28,410 nt of DNA from Candidatus Komeilibacteria bacterium (GTDB lineage: Bacteria > Patescibacteriota > Patescibacteriia > UBA1558 > 2-01-FULL-52-15): positions 1 to 28,410 of the forward strand of contig JACQKJ010000066.1 of the NCBI GenBank assembly GCA_016204595.1, given 5' to 3'. The translations under genes and the position numbers were made by a program. The notes below the pieces were generated by a model, which was given only the letters and a program-made list of their open reading frames with translations, was not told where the DNA came from and searched no databases. Each line of letters starts with the position of its first letter. The stretch's first letter is position 1. Shown here piece after piece: positions 15,933 to 24,478 of this stretch.

Positions 15933-15996
15933 TACAATTGTGCTTATTTCTAGGCCTTTTTGAGCTAATAGGCAGCGCCCGGGCTTGATTATTATT

Positions 15997-16024
15997 TTGA
16001 CATTTCAAGGAATGCTGCTATTAT
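15997..16024 (+). promoter_or_regulatory. strong sigma70 promoter for the two-gene cassette
   Basis: TTGACA (15997-16002), 16 nt spacer, TATTAT (16019-16024), with an extended TG at 16016-16017. Confidence 0.65.
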
Positions 16025-16088
16025 ATTTGGTCAGTCGAAATCTTGAATTTTGCTGAACCTTTTGTTCATTCTAAGTGAGGTGGCGGAT

Positions 16089-16559
16089 ATGAAGGTCACG
16101 GACTCCGAGCTTCGACAAGCAAAGTGGTACCTCGCGAAACCAGTTTTGGTTGGTGCTTCAATAGCGGTCTTTGAGTGTATCCGTGACAAAGGCTACGATG
16201 TACGACGGGTCGAGCCGATTGTAACAAGCCAAGCTTCCAGGCATCGCTTCGACCTGTTTCTGCCTTTCTTGGACAAGGTGCTGCATGGCTACATGCCTGA
16301 AGACAGCGAGTTCGAGCAAAAGGTCTCATGGCATGTGTACATTTTGGTCGGTGTGATCCTTCATGAGGTCGGAGGGGTCTGGAACTTCCTGCAGTCGGAC
16401 AGCTGGCATGATCGCAATCTTACGGCCAAAGTCGCAGCGCAACTGTCGGAAGGTGGGTTGCCACAAAATTGGTTGTTGGATAAGACACTACGATATGTCC
16501 CGCTTGTCCAGGAAGCGATTCGGCAATTCGTGTCAGAAGCTCTTGAGCGACGTAGATAA
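16089..16559 (+). CDS. hypothetical protein (156 aa), no recognised family
   Basis: SD-like GAGGTG 6 nt before the ATG at 16089, downstream of a strong promoter. Globular, protein-like composition. The TTG start at 16050 is the alternative. Confidence 0.65.
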   Translation: MKVTDSELRQAKWYLAKPVLVGASIAVFECIRDKGYDVRRVEPIVTSQASRHRFDLFLPFLDKVLHGYMPEDSEFEQKVSWHVYILVGVILHEVGGVWNFLQSDSWHDRNLTAKVAAQLSEGGLPQNWLLDKTLRYVPLVQEAIRQFVSEALERRR

Positions 16560-16589
16560 TTTGTTAGTGGGTGATCTTTCAATAGCAAC

Positions 16590-16611
16590 GCCGGTTGTAT
16601 CCGGCCTTTTT
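16590..16611 (+). terminator. short hairpin plus U-tract between cassette genes
   Basis: GCCGG-ttgtat-CCGGC-C-TTTTT. Confidence 0.4.
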
Positions 16612-16626
16612 CCGGGGAGGATCCGT

Positions 16627-16935
16627 ATGCCTGCAATAGATAAGCAGTTGGCACGAGAGGCACACGTGGTGGCTTATCAGTTCAGACGGCTCTCGAGGTT
16701 GGTTCCTCGTCTACTCACGGCAGTGGTTGCTTCTCAAGAGAAGGCGACTCCAGCGACTAAGGACAAGCGCCGCAGTCCGCGGCTTTCACCGTCGGTTCGC
16801 CGTGCTCTCAAGCTGCAGGGCCAGTACATGGGCGGGATGCGGGGCATGTCCGTCAGAGGACGTGCCCGGATCAAGAAGATTCGCAGGCAGAGGGGCATCA
16901 GGGCTGCGATCGCTGCGATCAAGCGAGCGCGCTAA
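16627..16935 (+). CDS. small, highly basic hypothetical protein (102 aa), candidate nucleic-acid-binding protein
   Basis: SD GGGGAGG 6 nt before the ATG at 16627. 20 Arg + 8 Lys versus 4 acidic residues. C-terminal ALKLQGQYMG...R.MS.R.RARIKKIR...GIRAAIAAIKR. Confidence 0.75.
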   Translation: MPAIDKQLAREAHVVAYQFRRLSRLVPRLLTAVVASQEKATPATKDKRRSPRLSPSVRRALKLQGQYMGGMRGMSVRGRARIKKIRRQRGIRAAIAAIKRAR

Positions 16936-16950
16936 GTAGGGGGGTATAGA

Positions 16951-16997
16951 AAAACCGCCCGCTCACCGAGAGAAACTCGGATGGAGCGGGCGGTTTT
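16951..16997. terminator. bidirectional terminator (long interrupted hairpin) between cassette and rpoC
   Basis: AAAACCGCCCGCTC / GAGCGGGCGGTTTT (14 bp) enclosing CCGAG-agaaa-CTCGG, with A/T tracts on both sides. Confidence 0.8.
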
Positions 16998-17016
16998 CCA
17001 TTTGTATAAGGGAGCA

Positions 17017-20000
17017 TTATTCCTTAAACCCTGTCCCTGCCGGAATGAGACGTCCTATGATGACATTCTCCTTTAAGCCGCGGAGCTTGTCCCGCTTGCC
17101 GGTGATGGCCGCGTCAATAAGTACGCGGGCGGTTTCCTGGAAGGAAGCAGAGGCCAGAAATGAGTCTGATGCGAGCGAAGCCTTCGTGATACCCATGAGC
17201 AGGTACTCTCCGGTTGCTTTGGCGCCTTCGGTCGCATTGTTCGCTTCTTTGAATTGCGTATGCGTGACGATCTCGCCGGGCAGCAGTTCCGTGTCCCCTG
17301 CATCTTTCACGTAAATGCGCGAGAACATCTGGCGCGCGATAAGCTCGATGTGCTTGTCGTTCAGTTTCTGACCCTGCGATGAATAGATGTATTTGATTTC
17401 CCTGATGATGTATCGCTGCACGGCGAGCTTGCCCTGGAGACGATAGAGTTCGTGCAGGTCGATGGAGCCTTCGGTCAGCTGCTGCCCCGAGGTTACGAGT
17501 TCTCCGTTCTTTACCCAGAGATTGTATCCGGCGGGTATGATTACTTCCAGCATTTCATTTTTTTCACCGGTGAGCTGTACGGAGGTCTTGGTCACCTTCG
17601 CGGTGCCATTGTACGGAGCGCGTATTTCTTCAGAATCATTTTTTACCAGGATCAGATGGTTGCGCTGGACCGCTTCTCCGTTCTTCACGCTGAGCTTGTC
17701 ATGTTCCGCGCTGTATTCGTACGTCGCTGTCGACACTTCGCCGCTTTTGATTTTGAGAAGGCGGTTTTTATTCGTGCCGAGATTCTCATTTTCGACGATG
17801 ACTTGTCCGGCAATAGGCGCAATGATTGATTTCTTTTTCGGCGGTCGCGCTTCGAATAATTCCTCTACGCGCGGAAGACCCTGGGTGATGTCCCCGCCGG
17901 CAACGCCTCCGGTATGGAAGGTACGCATGGTGAGCTGGGTGCCGGGCTCGCCGATTGACTGTGCGCCAATGATGCCGACCGCGGTTCCTTTGGTCGTCAG
18001 TTGATTGTGCCCAAGTTCAAAACCATAGCATTTTTGGCAGATGCCTCTCACGGATGTGCAGGTGAGCACCGAACGGATCACAACGTTCTTCGGAGCCGCT
18101 TTGGTGATTTTTTCTCCCAGCTCGATGGTGATAAGCGTGTTCTTTTTGACGATAACCTTGCCTTTTGCGTCCGTTACGTCCGCAGCGAGGTAGCGTCCGA
18201 TAATGCGTCCGCCGATGGTTTCATTCATGTCCTCGGTTTCGGCGAGATTAATGCTCAATCCCTCGGCGTCTTTACAGTCCTCATCGATGATGATGAGATC
18301 CTGCGCAACGTCAATAAGGCGGCGGGTCAGGTAGCCGGCGTTGGCTGTCCTCAGAGCTGTATCGGAAAGTCCTTTGCGCGCTCCGTGAGTCGAAATGAAA
18401 TATTCGAGCACATCGAGGCCTTCCTGGAAACTTGCCTTGACCGGCAGCTCGATGATGTCGCCCGCAGGGCTTGTGACGAGCCCTTTCATTCCCATGATCT
18501 GAATCATCTGCGCCCAGGAACCTCGTGCTCCCGATTGAATGATGGTTGCGATGGAGTTCAGCGGGTCAAATTGTTTCTTGGATTCTTCGGTAATCCGATT
18601 CTTGATATCGGTCCAGGTCTCGATGACCTTGATGTATCGTTCGTGATCGGTCAGCCAGCCGTTGTTATATTGTTCCCGGATCTCATTCACCGTGTCCTCA
18701 CCTTCCTTGATCAGCGTGCCTTTGATGTCGAGTGTTGGAATGTCATCCATGCCCCATGAAAGACCGGAACGGGTGATATATTGGTAGGCAAGATCCTTAA
18801 TGCTGTCGAGGAATTGCACCGCTTCTTCCTTTGATTGGGACATGATCGACTCCGCGACGATCTGCTTGAGCGCAGCCTTATCGAGCTGCTTATTGATAAA
18901 ACCGCGTCCCTTCGGGAGAATTTTGCTGAAGATAATGCGTCCGACAGACGTTTCTTCCCGTTTTCCGTTGACGTTCACGAGGATCGGTTGCTGGAGAGGC
19001 AAATACCCGAGCTTATAGGCCAGTTCGGCCTCATCGAAGTTTGCATACAACTTCGGCCGCTCATTTTTTTTGACCGGTTTGAGCGAGGTGAGATAATATA
19101 CGCCCCAGACAATGTCGAGGACGGGGAGCGTGATCGGCTCTCCGGTCGCTGGTTTCAACAGATTGCGGTCGGCAGCCATAATTTCTTCCGCTTCTCGTTT
19201 CGCTTCATCGGTCAGGGGAAGATGCACAGCCATCTGGTCACCGTCGAAGTCAGCGTTGAACGCGGTGCAGACCAGGGGATGGAGCTGGATAGCTTTTCCT
19301 TCTATGAGTATCGGGTGGAATGCCTGAATGCCCAAGCGGTGCAGGGTCGGCGCGCGGTTCAGAAGAACCCGTGTTCCTTTCGTTATTTCATCCAAAATGT
19401 CCCACACTTCGATGTGGCCCTCGTCAATATAGCGGTTCGCGCTTCTGACATTGTGCACCAGGTCGCGCTCGATGAGTTTCGAAATGACGAACGGCCGATA
19501 TAACTCGAGAGCCATTTGTTTCGGCAAACCGCACTGGTCAAGTTTCAGATGCGGGCCCGCGACGATCACGGAACGCCCGGAATAATCCACGCGCTTGCCC
19601 AGCAGATTCTGACGGAAACGGCCCTGCTTTCCTTTCAGAAGATCCGCGATGCTCTTGAGCATGCGTTTTTGCCCGGTTGAAGCCGTTACTGTTTTGCCGT
19701 GGCGCGCGTTATTGTCGATGAGCGCGTCAACTGCTTCCTGCAACATGCGTTTTTCGTTGCGTTGGATGACCTCGGGAGCCTTCAGTTCTTTCAGGCGCTT
19801 GAGGCGGTTGTTCCGGTTGATGACGCGCCGGTAGAGATCGTTCAGATCGGAGGTTGCGAACCGTCCGCCGTCGAGCTGCACCATGGGCCGGAGGTCCGGA
19901 GGGATGACGGGCAGTACCGTCAGGATCATCCACTCAGGCTTGATCTTGTTGGTGATCAGGGTTTTCAGAAGCCGTGATCGCCGGATCAGCTTTTTCTTTT

Positions 20001-20895
20001 TTGAAGGGATGCACGTCAGTATTTCTTTATCAAGATCCCTGGTCATCTGTTTGAGGTCGGTGCGTGTCAGGAGATACCTGATGGCGTCAGCGCCGATACG
20101 CGCCTCGAACACATGACCATATTTGAGCGACAGGTCCTGATAGACATTCTCAGAAATGATTGCCTGTACCTGTAAGCTGCGAAGTTCTTTTTTGGCGGTG
20201 TCGGCAGCAGCGTCCAGATGCGAGAGTTTTTCAAGTTTTTGAGCGTTGAGCTGCATGACGAGCTCCGCAGCAGCGGTCTTGACCTTCTCGGCGTCTTTCC
20301 CCGCCTGCAGCTGCGCAGATTTCTTTCCCTGCGTCTCGCTGATCTTATGATCGAACTCGGCCTCGATCTGTTTTCGTTTCGATTTCAGCTCATCAGCGAC
20401 CTGCTGCAGCGTTTCCTGGCGTGCAGCTTCATCAACATCGGTCACGATAAAATTGGCGAAATAGATGACCTTTTCCAGATCCTGAACTGATAAGTCGAGT
20501 ACGAGGCCTATCTTTGACGGAATGCCGCGGAGAAACCAGATATGGGACACCGGCGTTGCCAGGTCGATATGGCCCATCCGTTCGCGGCGGACAATGGAGC
20601 GCGTTACCTCGACCCCGCATTTGTCGCAGATAATGCCTTTGTAGCGGATTTTTTTGTACTTGCCGCAATAGCATTCCCAATCTTTCGACGGTCCGAAGAT
20701 GCGCTCGCAAAACAAACCGTCGCGTTCCGGTTTCTGGGTACGGTAGTTGATGGTTTCAGGCGACAGTACCTCGCCGTGCGACCATTTATGGACGACCTCA
20801 GGCGATGCGAGCTTGAGTCGAATGCTGTCGAACTCGATCGTCTTCTGCATCTCGGTCGGCATGAACGTTGTTTTTGTCGATGATGGCGTTGACAT
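17017..20895 (-). CDS. rpoC: DNA-directed RNA polymerase subunit beta'
   Basis: Catalytic NADFDGD, Zn ribbon CYCGKYKKIRYKGIICDKCG, EPGTQLTMRTFHTGG, ENVIIGRLIPAGTG. Confidence 0.99.
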   Translation of the reverse strand: MSTPSSTKTTFMPTEMQKTIEFDSIRLKLASPEVVHKWSHGEVLSPETINYRTQKPERDGLFCERIFGPSKDWECYCGKYKKIRYKGIICDKCGVEVTRSIVRRERMGHIDLATPVSHIWFLRGIPSKIGLVLDLSVQDLEKVIYFANFIVTDVDEAARQETLQQVADELKSKRKQIEAEFDHKISETQGKKSAQLQAGKDAEKVKTAAAELVMQLNAQKLEKLSHLDAAADTAKKELRSLQVQAIISENVYQDLSLKYGHVFEARIGADAIRYLLTRTDLKQMTRDLDKEILTCIPSKKKKLIRRSRLLKTLITNKIKPEWMILTVLPVIPPDLRPMVQLDGGRFATSDLNDLYRRVINRNNRLKRLKELKAPEVIQRNEKRMLQEAVDALIDNNARHGKTVTASTGQKRMLKSIADLLKGKQGRFRQNLLGKRVDYSGRSVIVAGPHLKLDQCGLPKQMALELYRPFVISKLIERDLVHNVRSANRYIDEGHIEVWDILDEITKGTRVLLNRAPTLHRLGIQAFHPILIEGKAIQLHPLVCTAFNADFDGDQMAVHLPLTDEAKREAEEIMAADRNLLKPATGEPITLPVLDIVWGVYYLTSLKPVKKNERPKLYANFDEAELAYKLGYLPLQQPILVNVNGKREETSVGRIIFSKILPKGRGFINKQLDKAALKQIVAESIMSQSKEEAVQFLDSIKDLAYQYITRSGLSWGMDDIPTLDIKGTLIKEGEDTVNEIREQYNNGWLTDHERYIKVIETWTDIKNRITEESKKQFDPLNSIATIIQSGARGSWAQMIQIMGMKGLVTSPAGDIIELPVKASFQEGLDVLEYFISTHGARKGLSDTALRTANAGYLTRRLIDVAQDLIIIDEDCKDAEGLSINLAETEDMNETIGGRIIGRYLAADVTDAKGKVIVKKNTLITIELGEKITKAAPKNVVIRSVLTCTSVRGICQKCYGFELGHNQLTTKGTAVGIIGAQSIGEPGTQLTMRTFHTGGVAGGDITQGLPRVEELFEARPPKKKSIIAPIAGQVIVENENLGTNKNRLLKIKSGEVSTATYEYSAEHDKLSVKNGEAVQRNHLILVKNDSEEIRAPYNGTAKVTKTSVQLTGEKNEMLEVIIPAGYNLWVKNGELVTSGQQLTEGSIDLHELYRLQGKLAVQRYIIREIKYIYSSQGQKLNDKHIELIARQMFSRIYVKDAGDTELLPGEIVTHTQFKEANNATEGAKATGEYLLMGITKASLASDSFLASASFQETARVLIDAAITGKRDKLRGLKENVIIGRLIPAGTGFKE

Positions 20896-20916
20896 AGGCA
20901 GAGTGTATTCTGGGGA

Positions 20917-23900
20917 TTATTCTTCCTTCGGCTGGATCGACTTCTTGTCTTTCAGGAGCTCGACATCAAGCACCAGCCCTTTCAGTTCTTTCACCAGCAC
21001 GTTGAACGATTCAGGGATATTGAGCTTGTCGATCTTCTCCCCTTTGATAATGGATTCATATGCCTTCGACCTGCCTGGCACGTCATCCGATTTAATGGTC
21101 AGAATTTCTTGTAAGGTGTGCGCAGCGCCGTACGCTTCGAGAGCCCAGACTTCCATTTCGCCGAAACGCTGTCCGCCGAATTGCGCCTTGCCTCCCAGCG
21201 GCTGCTGAGTAACCAGCGAATACGGCCCGATGGAACGCTGATGTATTTTGTCCTCGACGAGATGATTCAGTTTGAGGATATAGGAATAACCCACGGTCGT
21301 TTTGGCGTCGAACGGTTCACCGGTCTTTCCGTCAAAAAGCTGGACCTTTCCGTTCTCTGGCCAGCCCGCTTTCTTGAGTTCCGCTTTGATGACGTCAGAA
21401 GGGACGCCGTCAAGCGCCGGGCTCGCTACTTTGTAGCCGAGGGTATGCGCTGCCAGGCCAAGATGCGTTTCCAGCAGCTGCCCAAGGTTCATGCGGGAAA
21501 TAACCCCCAGGGGATTCAAGATAACGTCCACCGGCGTGCCGTCCGCGAGGAATGGCATATCCTCCTGTTGCACGATGCGCGAGATGACGCCTTTGTTCCC
21601 GTGTCGTCCGGCAAGCTTGTCCCCGACCTGTACCTTGCGGGTCTGCGCGACGGTCACCTGGATGGTCTTGATGACACCGGCCGGGAGCTTGTCGCCGTTA
21701 TCACGCGAGAAGATCTTGATATCCACTACTTTCCCGTGTTCGCCGTGCTCAAGGTAGAGCGAGGAGTCGCGCACGTCTTTTGCTTTTTCGCCGAAGATCG
21801 CGCGCAGAAGCTTTTCTTCGGCAGAAAGCTCGGTTTCTCCTTTTGGCGTGATCTTGCCCACAAGTATGTCGCCTGACGCTACTTCTGCGCCGATGCGGAT
21901 GATGCCCTCGGTGTCCAGGTTACGCAACTTCTCCTCTGAAATATTCGGAATATCGCGCGTGACGATCTCGGGTCCGAGCTTCGTATCGCGGACATCAATT
22001 GAGAAATCTTCAATATGAATAGAGGAGTAGCGGTCTTCGTGGACCAGGCGGCTTGAAAGCAGAATTGCGTCTTCGAAGTTGCCGCCTTCCCAGGACATGT
22101 ACGCGACCAGCACATTCTGTCCGAGAGCTAATTCTCCCTGATCAGTGGCTGCCCCGTCCGCGATGGGTCTGCCTGCTTTGACCGTATCGCCCTTAGAGAC
22201 GATAGGCCGCTGGTTCATGGAGGTGAACGCGTTCGATCGTTCGAATTTCATCAGGTCAAAACTATGTGTCTTTGATTTCGACTTGATCTGGATCTTGTCC
22301 GATTGGACCGAGATAACCTCGCCGTCTTCCGGGGCCAGGATGACCTGTCCAGAATCCTGTGCAGCGCGCGCTTCCATGCCCGTACCGACGATCGGAGCCT
22401 GCGGCTGTACCACACAGACGGCTTGCCGCTGCATGTTCGTGCCCATGAGGGCGCGGACCGCATCATCGTGTTCGAGGAACGGAATGAGCGATGTCGAAAT
22501 GGAAATGATCTGGTTGGGAGCCACATCCATGAAATCGATCTTTTCGACGCGGTCGTATTTCGGATTTCCATGGTTTCTGATCTCCGCGAAATCAGCGGTA
22601 AAGTAGCCCTTCTCGTCAATACGAGTCGTTGCGGCGGTCGTATTGTGTTTTTCTTCCACAAAAGCGTCGAGCCACATGATCTCATCCGTCACGCGAGGAC
22701 GCACCGGAATAGTCGTCAGTTCCTTATGCGACGCAAGTTTTTTTGCCTGTGCTTCCGAGATGGTCTCGTCTTTTTCCACGAGAGTGCGGTCGTTGATCAT
22801 GAGGTCTTCGCGCGCTATTTCACCGGCCGTAGCTTTCGGTTCATTCGGCACGTCATGCAGCACCTTTCGGAACGGCGTTTCGATAAGGCCGTACTCGTTG
22901 ACGCGGGCGTAGGATGCCAGATGTCCCACCAGGCCGATGTTGGGCCCTTCTGGTGTTGCGATAGGGCAGATGCGACCGTAGTGCGTACGATGCACGTCGC
23001 GGACCTCGAATCCCGCGCGCTCGCGGGAGAGCCCGCCGGGACCCATTGCTGACAAACGGCGTTTGTGGTCGAGTTCCGACAGCGGGTTGGTCTGGTCCAT
23101 GAATTGCGAAAGCTGGGAGCTCATGAAAAATTCCTTGATGGATCCGATGACCGGACGCGCGTTGATGAGCTGATTCGGGGTCAGTGTATTGATATCGAGC
23201 GTTGACATGCGGTCCTTGACGATCCGCTCCATACGGGCAAGACCGATGCGAAATTTGTTCTGAACAAGTTCACCGACCGCGCGGATGCGCCGGTTGCCCA
23301 AGTGGTCGATATCGTCAGCCTGCTCTTGGGTCAGGTTGAGCCGGATGATCTCGCGGATGATCGCGACCAGATCTTCGCGCCGCAGAATGCGCGTTGTTTT
23401 ATTGTTCGGAATGTCAAAATTGAACCTGCTGTTCAATTTATGTCGCCCGACCCGTCCGAAATCATAGCGGTCGAAATTGAAGAACATCGAGTGAATGAGG
23501 TTGCGGGCATTATCGGTCGTCGCAAGATCACCGGGCCTGATGCGCTTGTATACTTCACGCAAACCTTCGGCTTCATCTTTTGCGATGTCCTTATCGAGCG
23601 TGGATTGAATGAAATGCACCTCCGGATGCTTGTCGATGTCTTTGAAGTGCGCGAGGATTTCTTCGTTGGACGCATATCCAAAAGCGCGCAAGAGCGAAGT
23701 GATCGGCACTTTGCGCTTTCGATCGATCTTGACGTAGATGACATTATTCGCGTCGGTTTCCAGCTCCAACCACGCGCCGCGATTCGGGATTATTTTAGCC
23801 CCATAGTAGTTGCGGCCACGGAGAAGTTCTGAAGTGAAGAAAACACCCGCGCTTCGTATCAGCTGCGACACGACAACGCGTTCGACGCCGTTTATGACGA

Positions 23901-24264
23901 AGGTGCCGCGATCGGTCATGACGGGCATATCGCCGAGATAGATCTCCTGCTCCTTGATCTCTCCGGTTTTTTGATTGACCAGCGTTACTTTGACCTTGAG
24001 CGGCGCTTCGAAGGTCGTGTTGCGCGACTTCGCTTCCTTCTCATTGAATTTCGGCTCGTCAAGATAATGATCTTCAAAATATAATTCAAGATCGCGTCCG
24101 ATGAAATCTTTGATCGGAGAAACTTCCTCGAAAAGCTCTTTGAGGCCTTCCTGAAAAAACCAGCGGTATGAATCCTGCTGGATCTCGACAAGATTCGGCA
24201 GCGGGATCGCTTCGCGTCGAGAGGTAAAATAGGTGCGCTCAGGAGCTGTCATGGTGTGGGACAT
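20917..24264 (-). CDS. rpoB: DNA-directed RNA polymerase subunit beta
   Basis: GTFVINGVERVVVSQL, SSQLSQFMDQTNPLSEL..KRRLSA.GPGGL, GDKLAGRHGNKG, GGQRFGEMEVWALEAYGAA. Confidence 0.99.
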   Translation of the reverse strand: MSHTMTAPERTYFTSRREAIPLPNLVEIQQDSYRWFFQEGLKELFEEVSPIKDFIGRDLELYFEDHYLDEPKFNEKEAKSRNTTFEAPLKVKVTLVNQKTGEIKEQEIYLGDMPVMTDRGTFVINGVERVVVSQLIRSAGVFFTSELLRGRNYYGAKIIPNRGAWLELETDANNVIYVKIDRKRKVPITSLLRAFGYASNEEILAHFKDIDKHPEVHFIQSTLDKDIAKDEAEGLREVYKRIRPGDLATTDNARNLIHSMFFNFDRYDFGRVGRHKLNSRFNFDIPNNKTTRILRREDLVAIIREIIRLNLTQEQADDIDHLGNRRIRAVGELVQNKFRIGLARMERIVKDRMSTLDINTLTPNQLINARPVIGSIKEFFMSSQLSQFMDQTNPLSELDHKRRLSAMGPGGLSRERAGFEVRDVHRTHYGRICPIATPEGPNIGLVGHLASYARVNEYGLIETPFRKVLHDVPNEPKATAGEIAREDLMINDRTLVEKDETISEAQAKKLASHKELTTIPVRPRVTDEIMWLDAFVEEKHNTTAATTRIDEKGYFTADFAEIRNHGNPKYDRVEKIDFMDVAPNQIISISTSLIPFLEHDDAVRALMGTNMQRQAVCVVQPQAPIVGTGMEARAAQDSGQVILAPEDGEVISVQSDKIQIKSKSKTHSFDLMKFERSNAFTSMNQRPIVSKGDTVKAGRPIADGAATDQGELALGQNVLVAYMSWEGGNFEDAILLSSRLVHEDRYSSIHIEDFSIDVRDTKLGPEIVTRDIPNISEEKLRNLDTEGIIRIGAEVASGDILVGKITPKGETELSAEEKLLRAIFGEKAKDVRDSSLYLEHGEHGKVVDIKIFSRDNGDKLPAGVIKTIQVTVAQTRKVQVGDKLAGRHGNKGVISRIVQQEDMPFLADGTPVDVILNPLGVISRMNLGQLLETHLGLAAHTLGYKVASPALDGVPSDVIKAELKKAGWPENGKVQLFDGKTGEPFDAKTTVGYSYILKLNHLVEDKIHQRSIGPYSLVTQQPLGGKAQFGGQRFGEMEVWALEAYGAAHTLQEILTIKSDDVPGRSKAYESIIKGEKIDKLNIPESFNVLVKELKGLVLDVELLKDKKSIQPKEE

Positions 24265-24382
24265 AGAGGCTCGTTAGTTATTAGCAGGCTGCTGTTCTGC
24301 CGGTCGCATGCGTATGAGCAGACAGGAGAGCGCGGCCGTCAGCTTTTGACGTCAGCAATAAAGAGCGCGTTTTTTTACGTAA

Positions 24383-24428
24383 CAAAATAACCTTTGCCCG
24401 CGTGGGGTAAGGATTTTTGTTTATTTTG
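24383..24428 (-). promoter_or_regulatory. structured element / terminator-like hairpin in the ~210-nt rpoB leader
   Basis: Minus-strand RNA: CAAAAUAA-acaaaaau-CCUUaCCCC-acgc-GGGCaAAGG-UUAUUUUG. Confidence 0.45.
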
Positions 24429-24433
24429 GGTTG

Positions 24434-24472
24434 CTATACACCGGCAAAGTTCACACTTGCGGTTTTCAACAT
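24434..24472 (-). CDS. putative leaderless leader peptide MLKTASVNFAGV upstream of rpoB
   Basis: The ATG lies 7 nt downstream of the predicted -10 hexamer, i.e. at the expected TSS. The stop TAG lies 5 nt before the leader hairpin. Confidence 0.35.
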   Translation of the reverse strand: MLKTASVNFAGV

Positions 24473-24478
24473 GCGGAT

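Noticed and set aside
16350-16380. ILHEVGG as a zincin HExxH motif in the 156-aa protein
   Set aside because: The second His is absent (HEVGG), so no metalloprotease call.
16363-16626. N-terminal 88 codons of the 190-aa ORF in the track
   Set aside because: Overlaps the 156-aa gene in another frame and crosses a terminator-like hairpin. A strong SD precedes the ATG at 16627, so the protein is taken as 102 aa.
15938-17016. Prophage, IS or integron explanation for the two-gene cassette
   Set aside because: No integrase, transposase, terminal inverted repeats, target duplication or attC-like RYYYAAC/GTTRRRY pair was found.
17045-24191. Many 60-250 aa ORFs antisense to or overlapping rpoC/rpoB
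   Set aside because: Shadow ORFs of long GC-rich coding sequence, with no motifs or start signals.
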